Assembly (NCBI GenBank): GCA_964016885.1
Contig: OZ024743.1
Span: 377,642,001-377,706,000 of the forward strand
Direction of reading: 5' to 3'
DNA from: Eledone cirrhosa
Taxonomy: Eukaryota
Length of the DNA: 64,000 nucleotides
Of this stretch, positions 23,824 to 36,900 are shown one piece after another. Every line of letters starts with the position of its first letter. Positions within the stretch are counted from its first letter, which is position 1. The position numbers and the translations under genes were made by a program. Below the pieces are notes generated by a model, which was given only the letters and a program-made list of their open reading frames with translations, did not search any database and was not told the DNA's origin.

Positions 23824-24842
23824 AATAAAATTATGAGAAGTTTTAATTTAAATATGAACATTTCAAAACAAGAATTACCCCACCCCCATCTGGAAATCAA
23901 GCAGTCTTAAGCATGTTAGCATTAACAAAAAATAAGATAAAACTGGATTAAGAATTCTAAAACTAAATTATTACAAATTCTTGACAAAAGAATTAATACA
24001 AATGAAAGATGAAAATGTCATTGTATCAGATTGTAACAATTGTAAAATTAAACTCAAAATATTTTTACAATGGGGGCAGAAGAAAAAAAAAACAGAAAAA
24101 ACTAGGAGTGCTTAAATAATTTTACAAGAATTTTTAAATTACAAGAGATATTCTTTGAGTACAAAACATTATGAGTGGCACTTAGCTTCACCCTTAAACC
24201 TTTCTTTTTTTAGGTCATATGAGCACTTCTTTTTGAAGTGTGTCTAAGACCAAAACAAATTGGCAGAATCTATTCTCAAAGTAGATACTTATAGCAGCTG
24301 TTTAGTTACTGAATCATTCAAAAATAGTCTTGCATTTTAGTGTTAAGTTTAATGTTGAGAATTCTAAAAATATAAATGAAAGTACTTCAGTGTCACTGAT
24401 CTATAGCAGAAAAAAAACCTTTTAAATGTCCTGACATGGAGGTATACATATTTAACACTTTGATACCAAACTGCCTGAAACCACCTCCATTTCTACAATA
24501 CAAAAACTGTTAAAATGTTTATATTTATCTAAAAACTTTCCATCATAATGTAAGAATCTTCATTAAATTATGCCCCAAATTAAATTCATAATGAGAAAGT
24601 TAATTATATTACTAAATCCTTTCAAATTCTTTAATTATTATCAAAATGATTCAAAAATCATTGGCAGTGTCTTCCATTAGTTTAAAATATAGTTTAACTT
24701 TGAATATATTTGTTTCTCATAATCCAACTGTTCTCTACCTCGAAGTGGTAAGTAAATATTGTATAATACTAAAATGTAGCTGAAACGTAACACAAATTCA
24801 ACGTGAATTTAAATTATTATGAAGCTTTGCAGCATAGAGTTA

Positions 24843-24910
24843 CAGGAAGATTGTCATGCTATCTGGCCTTTTGCCATCCCCTCAGTCCAGCGCTGCTGGC
24901 TGAAATAGGG
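24843..24910 (-). mobile_element. Small CRE-clade RLE fragment
   Basis: Minus strand encodes QPAALD*GDGKRPDSMTIF; homologous to 25853-25920. Confidence 0.6.
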
Positions 24911-24937
24911 AAGAGAAGCATGCTCATTATTATACCA

Positions 24938-25345
24938 GGGTGGTGGATTGGCAATATCGGTAGAGCGTTGGACAATATGCTTTGCAGCATATAATTATGT
25001 CCCTTTATGTTCTGAGTTCAAATCCCACTTTGCCTTTTATCCTTACGTGGGGGGTCAATAAAATAAAGTACCAGTAACACACGGGGGTCAATTTAATCGA
25101 CTTTATCCTTCTCCAAAATTGTTGGCCTATCAAAAACCATTATCACTATCATGCAGTGGATTTGCAGTATCGGTGGAGGGTTGGACACCATGCTTTGCAA
25201 CAGAGTTACGGCCCCTTACGGTCTGAGTTCAAATCCCGCCAAGGTTAACTTTTACTTTCATCCTTATGGGGTCAATAAAATAAAGTACCAGTAATTTACT
25301 GGAATAATTGCTGGCCTTGTGCCAAAAGTAAAAACAATTATTATA
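24938..25345 (+). mobile_element. Two tandem tRNA-derived SINEs
   Basis: Each has the head gtggatt(g/t)gca.tatcggt.gag.gttggaca..atgctttgca, B-box gagttcaaatccc and body ggggtcaataaaataaagtaccagt. Confidence 0.8.
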
Positions 25346-25547
25346 AATATGTTAATGAAAGGGTTAAAGAAAGCTACTGATATAGAAATCAGTCAGCAGT
25401 CAATGAAAACTATTTTTGAAATATGAATGTGAAAGAGTTAACCCATAACAACCTGTAATGGAAGTAAATCAAATCCACACATCACCACTGCAATTAAAAC
25501 TTAAGGATCATCCCCTCATGGTCATGATCAACAAGATGGAGAAGACA

Positions 25548-25925
25548 AGACATTGTTCTGGAGGACAACAAGGGAGATGCGCTAGAACAGCCACTCAACT
25601 TCATGGGGCTTGCACCTGTGAGCATCCATCTCCACACTGATAGCAGTGAGCAGGGATGTGGTCCAGGGACTAAGAATGCTAGAAGTATCCACTGCTACAG
25701 GCTCAACCACAAACCTATGAGAGAGCAGCCCATACTTTGGCAGTTTGCCTTCTTCGGCCAGGACTGGTAGCCGAACGCATCAAGTTGCAGCTAGAGAAGG
25801 TGTCACAACACGTAGCATCCCAGATGAGGGGCCTACCACTACCACAAAATGGGAAGATTGTCATGCCATCTGGCCTTTTGCAGTCCCCTCAGTCTAGCCC
25901 CGCCAGCTCAAGCAGGAAACAGAAA
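25548..25925 (-). mobile_element. CRE-clade LINE fragment encoding a degenerate restriction-like endonuclease domain
   Basis: LELAGLD*GDCKRPDGMTIFPFCGSGRPLIWDATCCDT ... VEPVAVDTSSIL ... HRCKPHEVEWLF: the RPDG / WD.T..DT / VET RLE signature. Confidence 0.8.
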
Positions 25926-25951
25926 CCTGGTCATTATACCAGTATTCTATT

Positions 25952-26240
25952 ATGGCTTAGTGGTTAAAGCATTGGGCTTAAAATTGTGAGGTTGTGAGTT
26001 AGATTCATGTGTTCTTGAGCAAGATACTTATTTCACACTGTTCCAGTTTATTCAGCTGTAGAAATGAGTTGCGATGTAACTGGTGCCAAGCTGTATCGAT
26101 CATTGCCTTTCCCTTGGACAACATCAGTGGCATGGAGAGGGGAGACTGCTGGTCTTCCACAAAACAAACCCTGCCTAGTATCTCGGAGGGAAACTATCTA
26201 GGAGCAAAACAATGGTCATTAGTGACCGATGAAGGCCTCT
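25952..26240 (+). mobile_element. tRNA-derived SINE (CORE-like, alternative tail)
   Basis: atggcttagtggttaaagcattgg..gttgtgagtt..tcttgagcaagatacttatttcacactgttccagtttattcagctgtagaaatgag. Confidence 0.7.
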
Positions 26241-27614
26241 AATTCTATCATGGACACAAGCATGGTCAAATAGTTAAAAAGTTCACTTCCCAATCATGAG
26301 GTCATGGGTTCAATCGTACTGAGTGGCATCTTGAGTGTCATTTTCCATTGTCTCAGGTCGACCTAAGCCTTGTGAGGGAAATTAGATGGACAGAAACTAT
26401 TTGGAAGTCCATCTGATGGATTTAACCTTTAATTCAAAAGGATAACTTTTTAATACATTATGTCATGCTGATTCTCATTGAGAACTATGGTAAATATACA
26501 TGTCACCGTGAAATAGTCAACCACATCCACTGTAATTCAATGATCCAGCCATTTTTGTTGACAGAACAATTGGAACATTGATCATGAAAACCAACAAAGA
26601 ACTATTGGCAAAGTTCTATCAGTTGACAACAAAAAGCTAGAGTCATTGTAAAACAAGAGATTCAAATATATTAGCTTACTTCTAAATTTAATGGGATACA
26701 TGATTTCATGTGTATTCTTTATCTCACCTATTAGCCAGTATATGGGAGAGAATGGGGATAGAGAGAAGGAAGAGAGAAGAGAAGAGATAGAGGAGGAAAA
26801 ATGGGAAAAGATGAAAAGAGAATGTGAGAGGGGAAGCAGAGAAAGAATGAGAAAGTGTGCAACAATGATGCAAAGATAAGGTTTGTGTGTGTAAAAAGTG
26901 AGACAGCAGGAGAAAATTAACAAAGAGTCTGGACAGAGTCTTAATTACAGAAAAGTAGATGATTTATTGATGTAATTACAATGAATAAAAAAGATAATAA
27001 TACTGTTAATCAGCAGCTGATGGTTCTAATGTAGAACTGATAAGGTTTACCTAATAAATATGAATCATTCTTTCATACACTGGCTACAATCACTTTGAAG
27101 AATCAATTATAGTGGAAGGGATGCCTGTCAGTAGTTGCAATGGTTATAGCAATGGTAGAGTTGTTAGGGTAGCAAGTAAAATATCTTGTATTTGGTCCCA
27201 TGCTCCATGTTCTGGGATCAAATGCCACCGAGGACAACTTTGCCTTTCTTACATTCTTTCAAAGAATACCTTGTGGTATTTTTTATGACACTCCGTGTTC
27301 TGAGATCAAATCCAACCAAAAGGAACTTTACTTCTCTTTCACTAGGGTGAACTAGGTACTTTTTCTGTGGTACCAGTACTACTGCTTTACAGGGTGGATT
27401 AGGTGCTTTTTATCATGGTACATTAATGCAAAAATATAAGTTTAAGCTGCTACATTGTTAGTTAATGAGGCAACTAATTACCCAATTAACTACCTGTAGT
27501 GATGTATAGTGTGCAGAAATCACCATACATTATCTATGCAGCAATCTTCATACATGTCATTGTTTCTACATCCACATTTCCATACTGACAGGGTCTGAAT
27601 GAACCTTTTTTTCT

Positions 27615-27817
27615 TTAACCCTTTAACATTTACATTATTCTATATTTAATATTGTATTTTGGTGGCTCTATCTCACATAACATCGAATCTATGAAATTTT
27701 GATATTTATTTTGAGAACAATACCTTATAGTATGAGCAACCAGCTATGGCCGGTTTGAACAGAATGAGGTGAGATAATTCTGACTGGATACGGCCACTTT
27801 AAATGCTAAAGAGTTAA
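27615..27817 (-). mobile_element. MITE family 1, full-length copy
   Basis: TTAAccctttaacattta ... taaatgctaaagagTTAA. Confidence 0.85.
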
Positions 27818-27970
27818 ATCAACTTTTTAACAGTTGCTCTTCCCAATGCCATTCAATGCTTTATTTTTGTATGTATGTAGGGACTCTTAAAGGAGTCGAA
27901 AGAGCACCATCATTACATATGCTATATCTTGGGCAATTTTTAAAGTTTTACAGGATGTAAAAATCTAGAA

Positions 27971-30900
27971 CCACCACCACAAGTTAATGCTCTAACAATC
28001 TTCCAATGCTCCACAGCCCAAGACTTATGCTCTAACAGCTTTTCCAATGCCCCACAGCCCAAGACTAATGCTCTAACAACTCTTCCAATGACCCACAGCC
28101 CAAAAGTGATGCTCTAACAATCTTCCAATGCTCCACAGCCCAAGACTAGTGCTCTAACAACTCTTCCAATGCCCCACAGCCCAAGACTAATGCTCTAACA
28201 ACTCTTCCAATGACCCACAGCCCAAGAATAATGCTCTAACAACTCTTCCAATGACCCACAGCCCAAGAATAATGCTCTAACAACTCTTCCAATGACCCAC
28301 ATCCCAAGAATAATGCTCTAACAACTCTTCCAATGACCCACATCCCAAGAATAATGCTCTAACAACTCTTCCAATGACCCACATCCCAAGAATAATGCTC
28401 TAACAACTCTTCCAATGACCCACATCCCAAGAATAATGCTCTAACAACTCATCCAATGACCCACATCCCAAGAATAATGCTCTAACAACTCTTCCAATGA
28501 CCCACATCCCAAGAATAATGCTCTAACAACTCTTCCAATGACCCACATCCCAAGAATAATGCTCTAACAACTCTTCCAATGACCCACATCCCAAGAATAA
28601 TGCTCTAACAACTCTTCCAATGACCCACATCCCAAGAATAATGCTCTAACAACTCTTCCAATGACCCACATCCCAAGAATAATGCTCTAACAACTCTTCC
28701 AATGACCCACATCCCAAGAATAATGCTCTAACAACTCATCCAATGACCCACATCCCAAGAATAATGCTCTAACAACTCTTCCAATGACCCACATCCCAAG
28801 AATAATGCTCTAACAACTCATCCAATGACCCACATCCCAAGAATAATGCTCTAACAACTCTTCCAATGACCCACATCCCAAGAATAATGCTCTAACAACT
28901 CTTCCAATGACCCACATCCCAAGAATAATGCTCTAACAACTCTTCCAATGACCCACATCCCAAGAATAATGCTCTAACAACTCATCCAATGACCCACATC
29001 CCAAGAATAATGCTCTAACAACTCTTCCAATGACCCACATCCCAAGAATAATGCTCTAACAACTCTTCCAATGACCCACATTCCAAGAATTATGCTCTAA
29101 CAACTCTTCCAATGACCCACAGCCCAAGAATAATGCTCTAACAACTCTTCCAATGCCCCACAGCCCAAGACTAATGCTCTAACAATCTTCCAATGCCCCA
29201 CAGCCCAAGACTAATGCTCTAACAATCTTCCAATGCCCCACAGCCCAAGACTAATGCTCTAACAATCTTCCAATGACCCACAGCCCAAGACTAATGCTCC
29301 AACAACTCTTCCAATGACCCACATCCCAAGAATAATGCTCTAACAACTCTTCCAATGACCCACATCCCAAGAATAATGCTCTAACAACTCTTCCAATGAC
29401 CCACATCCCAAGAATAATGCTCTAACAACTCTTCCAATGACCCACATCCCAAGAATAATGCTCTAACAACTCTTCCAATGACCCACAGCCCAAGAATAAT
29501 GCTCTAACAACTCTTCCAATGACCCACATCCCAAGAATAATGCTCTAACAACTCTTCCAATGACCCACAGCCCAAGAATAATGCTCTAACAACTCTTCCA
29601 ATCACCCACATCCCAAGAATAATGCTCTAACAACTCTTCCAATGACCCACAGCCCAAGAATAATGCTCTAACAACTCTTCCAATGACCCACATCCCAAGA
29701 ATAATGCTCTAACAACTCTTCCAATGACCCACATCCCAAGAATAATGCTCTAACAACTCTTCCAATGACCCACATCCCAAGAATAATGCTCTAACAACTC
29801 TTCCAATGACCCACATCCCAAGAATAATGCTCTAACAACTCTTCCAATGACCCACAGCCCAAGAATAATGCTCTAACAACTCTTCCAATGCCCCACAGCC
29901 CAAGACTAATGCTCTAACAACTCTTCCAATGCCCCACAGCCCAAGACTAATGCTCTAACAATCTTCCAATGCTCCACAGCCCAAGACTAGTGCTCTAACA
30001 ACTCTTCCAATGACCCACAGCCCAAGAATAATGCTCTAACAACTCTTCCAATGACCCACAGCCCAAGAATAATGCTCTAACAACTCTTCCAATGACCCAC
30101 AGCCCAAGAATAATGCTCTAACAACTCTTCCAATGACCCACAGCCCAAGAATAATGCTCTAACAACTCTTCCAATGACCCACATCCCAAGAATAATGCTC
30201 TAACAACTCTTCCAATGACCCACATCCCAAGAATAATGCTCTAACAACTCTTCCAATGACCCACATCCCAAGAATAATGCTCTAACAACTCTTCCAATGA
30301 CCCACATCCCAAGAATAATGCTCTAACAACTCTTCCAATGACCCACATCCCAAGAATAATGCTCTAACAACTCTTCCAATGACCCACATCCCAAGAATAA
30401 TGCTCTAACAACTCTTCCAATGACCCACAGCCCAAGAATAATGCTCTAACAACTCTTCCAATGCCCCACAGCCCAAGACTAATGCTCTAACAATCTTCCA
30501 ATGACCCACAGCCCAAGAATAATGCTCTAACAACTCTTCCAATGACCCACAGCCCAAGAATAATGCTCTAACAACTCTTCCAATGACCCACAGCCCAAGA
30601 ATAATGCTCTAACAACTCTTCCAATGACCCACATCCCAAGAATAATGCTCTAACAACTCTTCCAATGACCCACATCCCAAGAATAATGCTCTAACAACTC
30701 TTCCAATGACCCACATCCCAAGAATAATGCTCTAACAACTCTTCCAATGACCCACATCCCAAGAATAATGCTCTAACAACTCTTCCAATGACCCACATCC
30801 CAAGAATAATGCTCTAACAACTCTTCCAATGACCCACATCCCAAGAATAATGCTCTAACAACTCTTCCAATGACCCACATCCCAAGAATAATGCTCTAAC

Positions 30901-33900
30901 AACTCTTCCAATGACCCACATCCCAAGAATAATGCTCTAACAACTCTTCCAATGACCCACATCCCAAGAATAATGCTCTAACAACTCTTCCAATGACCCA
31001 CATCCCAAGAATAATGCTCTAACAACTCTTCCAATGACCCACATCCCAAGAATAATGCTCTAACAACTCTTCCAATGACCCACAGCCCAAGAATAATGCT
31101 CTAACAACTCTTCCAATGACCCACAGCCCAAGAATAATGCTCTAACAACTCTTCCAATGCCCCACAGCCCAAGACTAATGCTCTAACAACTCTTCCAATG
31201 CCCCACAGCCCAAGACTAATGCTCTAACAATCTTCCAATGCTCCACAGCCCAAGACTAGTGCTCTAACAACTCTTCCAATGACCCACAGCCCAAGAATAA
31301 TGCTCTAACAACTCTTCCAATGACCCACATCCCAAGAATAATGCTCTAACAACTCTTCCAATGACCCACAGCCCAAGAATAATGCTCTAACAACTCTTCC
31401 AATGACCCACATCCCAAGACTAATGCTCTAACAACTCTTCCAATGACCCACAGCCCAAGAATAATGCTCTAACAACTCTTCCAATGCCCCACAGCCCAAG
31501 AATAATGCTCTAACAACTCTTCCAATGACCCACATCCCAAGACTAATGCTCCAACAACTCTTCCAATGACCCACAGCCCAAGACTAATGCTCTAACAACT
31601 CTTCCAATGACCCACATCCCAAGACTAATGCTCTAACAACTCTTCCAATGCTCCACAGCCCAAGACAAATGCTCTAACATCTCTTCCAATGACCCACATC
31701 CCAAGACTAATGCTCTACCAACTCTTCCAATGACCCACAGCCCAAGACTAATGCTCTAACAACTCTTCCAATGCTCCACAGCCCAAGACTAATGCTCTAA
31801 CACTTCTTCCAATGCCCCACATCCCAAGACTAATGCTCTAACAACTCTTCCAATGCGCCACATCCCAAGACTAATGCTCCAACAACTCTTCCAATGACCC
31901 ACAGCCCAAGACTAATGCTCTAACAACTCTTGCAATGACCCACATCCCAAGACTAATGCTCTAACAACTCTTCCAATGCTCCACAGCCCAAGACTAATGC
32001 TCTAACAACTCTTCCAATGACCCACAGCCCAAGACTAATGCTCTAACAACTCTTCCAATGACCCACAGCCCAAGACTAATGCTCTAACAACTCTTCCAAT
32101 GACCCACAGCCCAAGACTAATGCTCTAACAACACTTCCAATGACCCACAGCCCAAGACTAATGCTCCAACAACTCTTCCAATGACCCACAGCCCAAGACT
32201 AATGCTCTAACAACTCTTCCAATGACCCACATCCCAAGACTAATGCTCTAACAACTCTTCCAATGCTCCACAGCCCAAGACTAATGCTCTAACAACTCTT
32301 CCAATGACCCACAGCCCAAGACTAATGCTCTAACAACTCTTCCAATGACCCACAGCCCAAGACTAATGCTCTAACAACTCTTCCAATGACCCACAGCCCA
32401 AGACTAATGCTCTAACAACTTTTCCAATGACCCACAGCCCAAGACTAATGCTCTAACAACTCTTCCAATGACCCACAGCCCAAGACTAATGCTCTAACAA
32501 CTCTTCCAATGACCCACAGCCCAAGACTAATGCTCTAACAATTCTTCCAATGACCCACAGCCCAAGACTAATGCTCTAACAACTCTTCCAATGACCCACA
32601 TCCCAAGACTAATGCTCTAACAACTCTTCCAATGCTCCACAGCCCAAGACTAATGCTCTAACAACTCTTCCAATGACCCACAGCCCAAGACTAATGCTCT
32701 AACAACTCTTCCAATGACCCACAGCCCAAGACTAATGCTCTAACAACTCTTCCAATGACCCACAGCCCAAGACTAATGCTCCAACAACTCTTCCAATGAC
32801 CCACAGCCCAAGACTAATGCTCTAACAACTCTTCCAATGACCCACAGCCCAAGACTAATGCTCTAACAACTCTTCCAATGCCCCACAGCCCAAGACTAAT
32901 GCTCCAACAACTCTTCCAATGCTCCACAGCCCAAGACTAATGCTCTAACAATTCTTCCAATGCCCCACAGCCCAAGACTAATGCTCCAACAACTCTTCCA
33001 ATGACCCACAGCCCAAGACTAATGCTCTAACAACTCTTCCAATGCCCCACAGCCCAAGACTAATGCTCCAACAACTCTTCCAATGCTCCACAGCCCAAGA
33101 CTAATGCTCTAACAATTCTTCCAATGCCCCACAGCCCAAGACTAATGCTCCAACAACTCTTCCAATGCCCCACAGCCCAAGACTAATGCTCTAACAATTC
33201 TTCCAATGACCCACAGCCCAAGACTAATGCTCTAACAACTCTTTCAATGCTCCACAGCCCAAGACTAATGCTCTAACAACACTTCCAATGACCCACAGCC
33301 CAAGACTAATGCTCTAACAACTCTTCCAATGCCCCACAGCCCAAGACTAATGCTCTAACAACTCTTCCAATGCCCCACAGCCCAAGACTAATGCTCTAAC
33401 AATTCTTCCAATGCTCCACAGCCCAAGACTAATGCTCTAACAACTCTTCCAATGCTCCACAGCCCAAGACTAATGCTCTAACAACTCTTCCAATGACCCA
33501 CAGCCCAAGACTAATGCTCTAACAATTCTTCCAATGACCCACAGCCCAAGACTAATGCTCTAACAATTCTTCCAATGCTCCACAGCCCAAGACTAATGCT
33601 CTAACAACTCTTCCAATGCTCCACAGCCCAAGACTAATGCTCTAACAACTCTTCCAATGACCCACAGCCCAAGACTAATGCTCTAACAATTCTTCCAATG
33701 ACCCACAGCCCAAGACTAATGCTCTAACAATTCTTCCAATGCCCCACAGCCCAAGACTAATGCTCTAACAACTCTTCCAATGCCCCACAGCCCAAGAATA
33801 ATGCTCTAACAACTCTTCCAATGCTCCACAGCCCAAGAATAATGCTCCAACAACTCTTCCAATGCCCCACATCCCAAGAATAATGCTCTAACAACTCTTC

Positions 33901-36900
33901 CAATGCCCCACAGCCCAAGACTAATGCTCCAACAACTCTTCCAATGCCCCACATCCCAAGAATAATGCTCTAACAATTCTTCCAATGCTCCACAGCCCAA
34001 GACTAATGCTCCAACAACTCTTCCAATGCCCCACATCCCAAGAATAATGCTCTAACAATTCTTCCAATGCTCCACAGCCCAAGACTAATGCTCTAACAAC
34101 TCTTCCAATGCCCCACATCCCAAGAATAATGCTCTAACAATTCTTCCAATGCTCCACAGCCCAAGACTAATGCTCCAACAACTCTTCCAATGCCCCACAT
34201 CCCAAGAATAATGCTCTAACAATTCTTCCAATGCTCCACAGCCCAAGACTAATGCTCCAACAACTCTTCCAATGCCCCACATCCCAAGAATAATGCTCTA
34301 ACAATTCTTCCAATGCTCCACAGCCCAAGACTAATGCTCTAACAACTCTTCCAATGCCCCACATCCCAAGAATAATGCTCTAACAATTCTTCCAATGCTC
34401 CACAGCCCAAGACTAATGCTCCAACAACTCTTCCAATGACCCACATCCCAAGAATAATGCTCTAACAACTCTTCCAATGCCCCACAGCCCAAGAATAATG
34501 CTCTAACAACTCTTCCAATGCCCCACATCCCAAGAATAATGCTCTAACAATTCTTCCAATGCCCCACATCCCAAGAATAATGCTCTAACAACTCTTCCAA
34601 TGCCCCACAGCCCAAGACTAATGCTCTAACAACTCTTCCAATGCCCCACATCCCAAGAATAATGCTCTAACAACTCTTCCAATGCCCCACAGCCCAAGAC
34701 TAATGCTCTAACAACTCTTCCAATGCCCCACAGCCCAAGAATAATGCTCTAACAATTCTTCCAATGCTCCACAGCCCAAGACTAATGCTCTAACAACTCT
34801 TCCAATGCCCCACATCCCAAGAATAATGCTCTAACAATTCTTCCAATGCCCCACATCCCAAGAATAATGCTCTAACAACTCTTCCAATGCCCCACAGCCC
34901 AAGAATAATGCTCTAACAATTCTTCCAATGCTCCACAGCCCAAGACTAATGCTCTAACAACTCCTCCAATGCCCCACAGCCCAAGACTAATGCTCTAACA
35001 ACTCTTCCAATGCCCCACAGCCCAAGAATAATGCTCTAACAATTCTTCCAATGCTCCACAGCCCAAGACTAATGCTCTAACAACTCTTCCAATGCTCCAC
35101 AGCCCAAGAATAATGCTCTAACAACTCTTCCAATGCGCCACATCCCAAGACTAATGCTCTAACAACTCCTCCAATGCGCCACATCCCAAGACTAATGCTC
35201 TAACAACTCTTCCAATGCCCCACAGCCCAAGAATAATGCTCTAACAACTCTTCCAATGACCCACATCCCAAGACTAATGCTCCAACAACTCTTCCAATGA
35301 CCCACAGCCCAAGACTAATGCTCTAACAACTCTTCCAATGACCCACATCCCAAGACTAATGCTCTAACAACTCTTCCAATGCTCCACAGCCCAAGACAAA
35401 TGCTCTAACATCTCTTCCAATGACCCACATCCCAAGACTAATGCTCTACCAACTCTTCCAATGACCCACAGCCCAAGACTAATGCTCTAACAACTCTTCC
35501 AATGCTCCACAGCCCAAGACTAATGCTCTAACAACTCTTCCAATGCCCCACATCCCAAGACTAATGCTCTAACAACTCTTCCAATGCGCCACATCCCAAG
35601 ACTAATGCTCCAACAACTCTTCCAATGACCCACAGCCCAAGACTAATGCTCTAACAACTCTTGCAATGACCCACATCCCAAGACTAATGCTCTAACAACT
35701 CTTCCAATGCTCCACAGCCCAAGACTAATGCTCTAACAACTCTTCCAATGACCCACAGCCCAAGACTAATGCTCTAACAACTCTTCCAATGACCCACAGC
35801 CCAAGACTAATGCTCTAACAACTCTTCCAATGACCCACAACCCAAGACTAATGCTCTAACAACTCTTCCAATGACCCACAGCCCAAGACTAATGCTCTAA
35901 CAACTCTTCCAATGACCCACAGCCCAAGACTAATGCTCTAACAACTCTTCCAATGACCCACAGCCCAAGACTAATGCTCTAACAACTCTTCCAATGACCC
36001 ACAGCCCAAGACTAATGCTCTAACAACTCTTCCAATGACCCCCAGCCCAAGACTAATGCTCTAACAACTCTTCCAATGCCCCACAGCCCAAGACTAATGC
36101 TCCAACAACTCTTCCAATGACCCACAGCCCAAGACTAATGCTCTAACAACTCTTCCAATGACCCACATCCCAAGACTAATGCTCTAACAACTCTTCCAAT
36201 GCTCCACAGCCCAAGACTAATGCTCTAACAACTCTTCCAATGACCCACAGCCCAAGACTAATGCTCTAACAACTCTTCCAATGACCCACAGCCCAAGACT
36301 AATGCTCTAACAACTCTTCCAATGACCCACAGCCCAAGACTAATGCTCCAACAACTCTTCCAATGACCCACAGCCCAAGACTAATGCTCTAACAACTCTT
36401 CCAATGACCCACATCCCAAGACTAATGCTCTAACAACTCTTCCAATGCTCCACAGCCCAAGACTAATGCTCTAACAACTCTTCCAATGACCCACAGCCCA
36501 AGACTAATGCTCTAACAACTCTTCCAATGACCCACAGCCCAAGACTAATGCTCTAACAACTCTTCCAATGACCCACAGCCCAAGACTAATGCTCCAACAA
36601 CTCTTCCAATGACCCACAGCCCAAGACTAATGCTCTAACAACTCTTCCAATGACCCACAGCCCAAGACTAATGCTCTAACAACTTTTCCAATGACCCACA
36701 GCCCAAGACTAATGCTCCAACAACTCTTCCAATGCTCCACAGCCCAAGACTAATGCTCTAACAATTCTTCCAATGCCCCACAGCCCAAGACTAATGCTCC
36801 AACAACTCTTCCAATGACCCACAGCCCAAGACTAATGCTCTAACAACTCTTCCAATGCCCCACAGCCCAAGACTAATGCTCCAACAACTCTTCCAATGCT

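Noticed and set aside
24938-25030. tRNA genes suggested by A-box and B-box motifs
   Set aside because: Degenerate SINE heads followed by SINE bodies; no cloverleaf could be drawn
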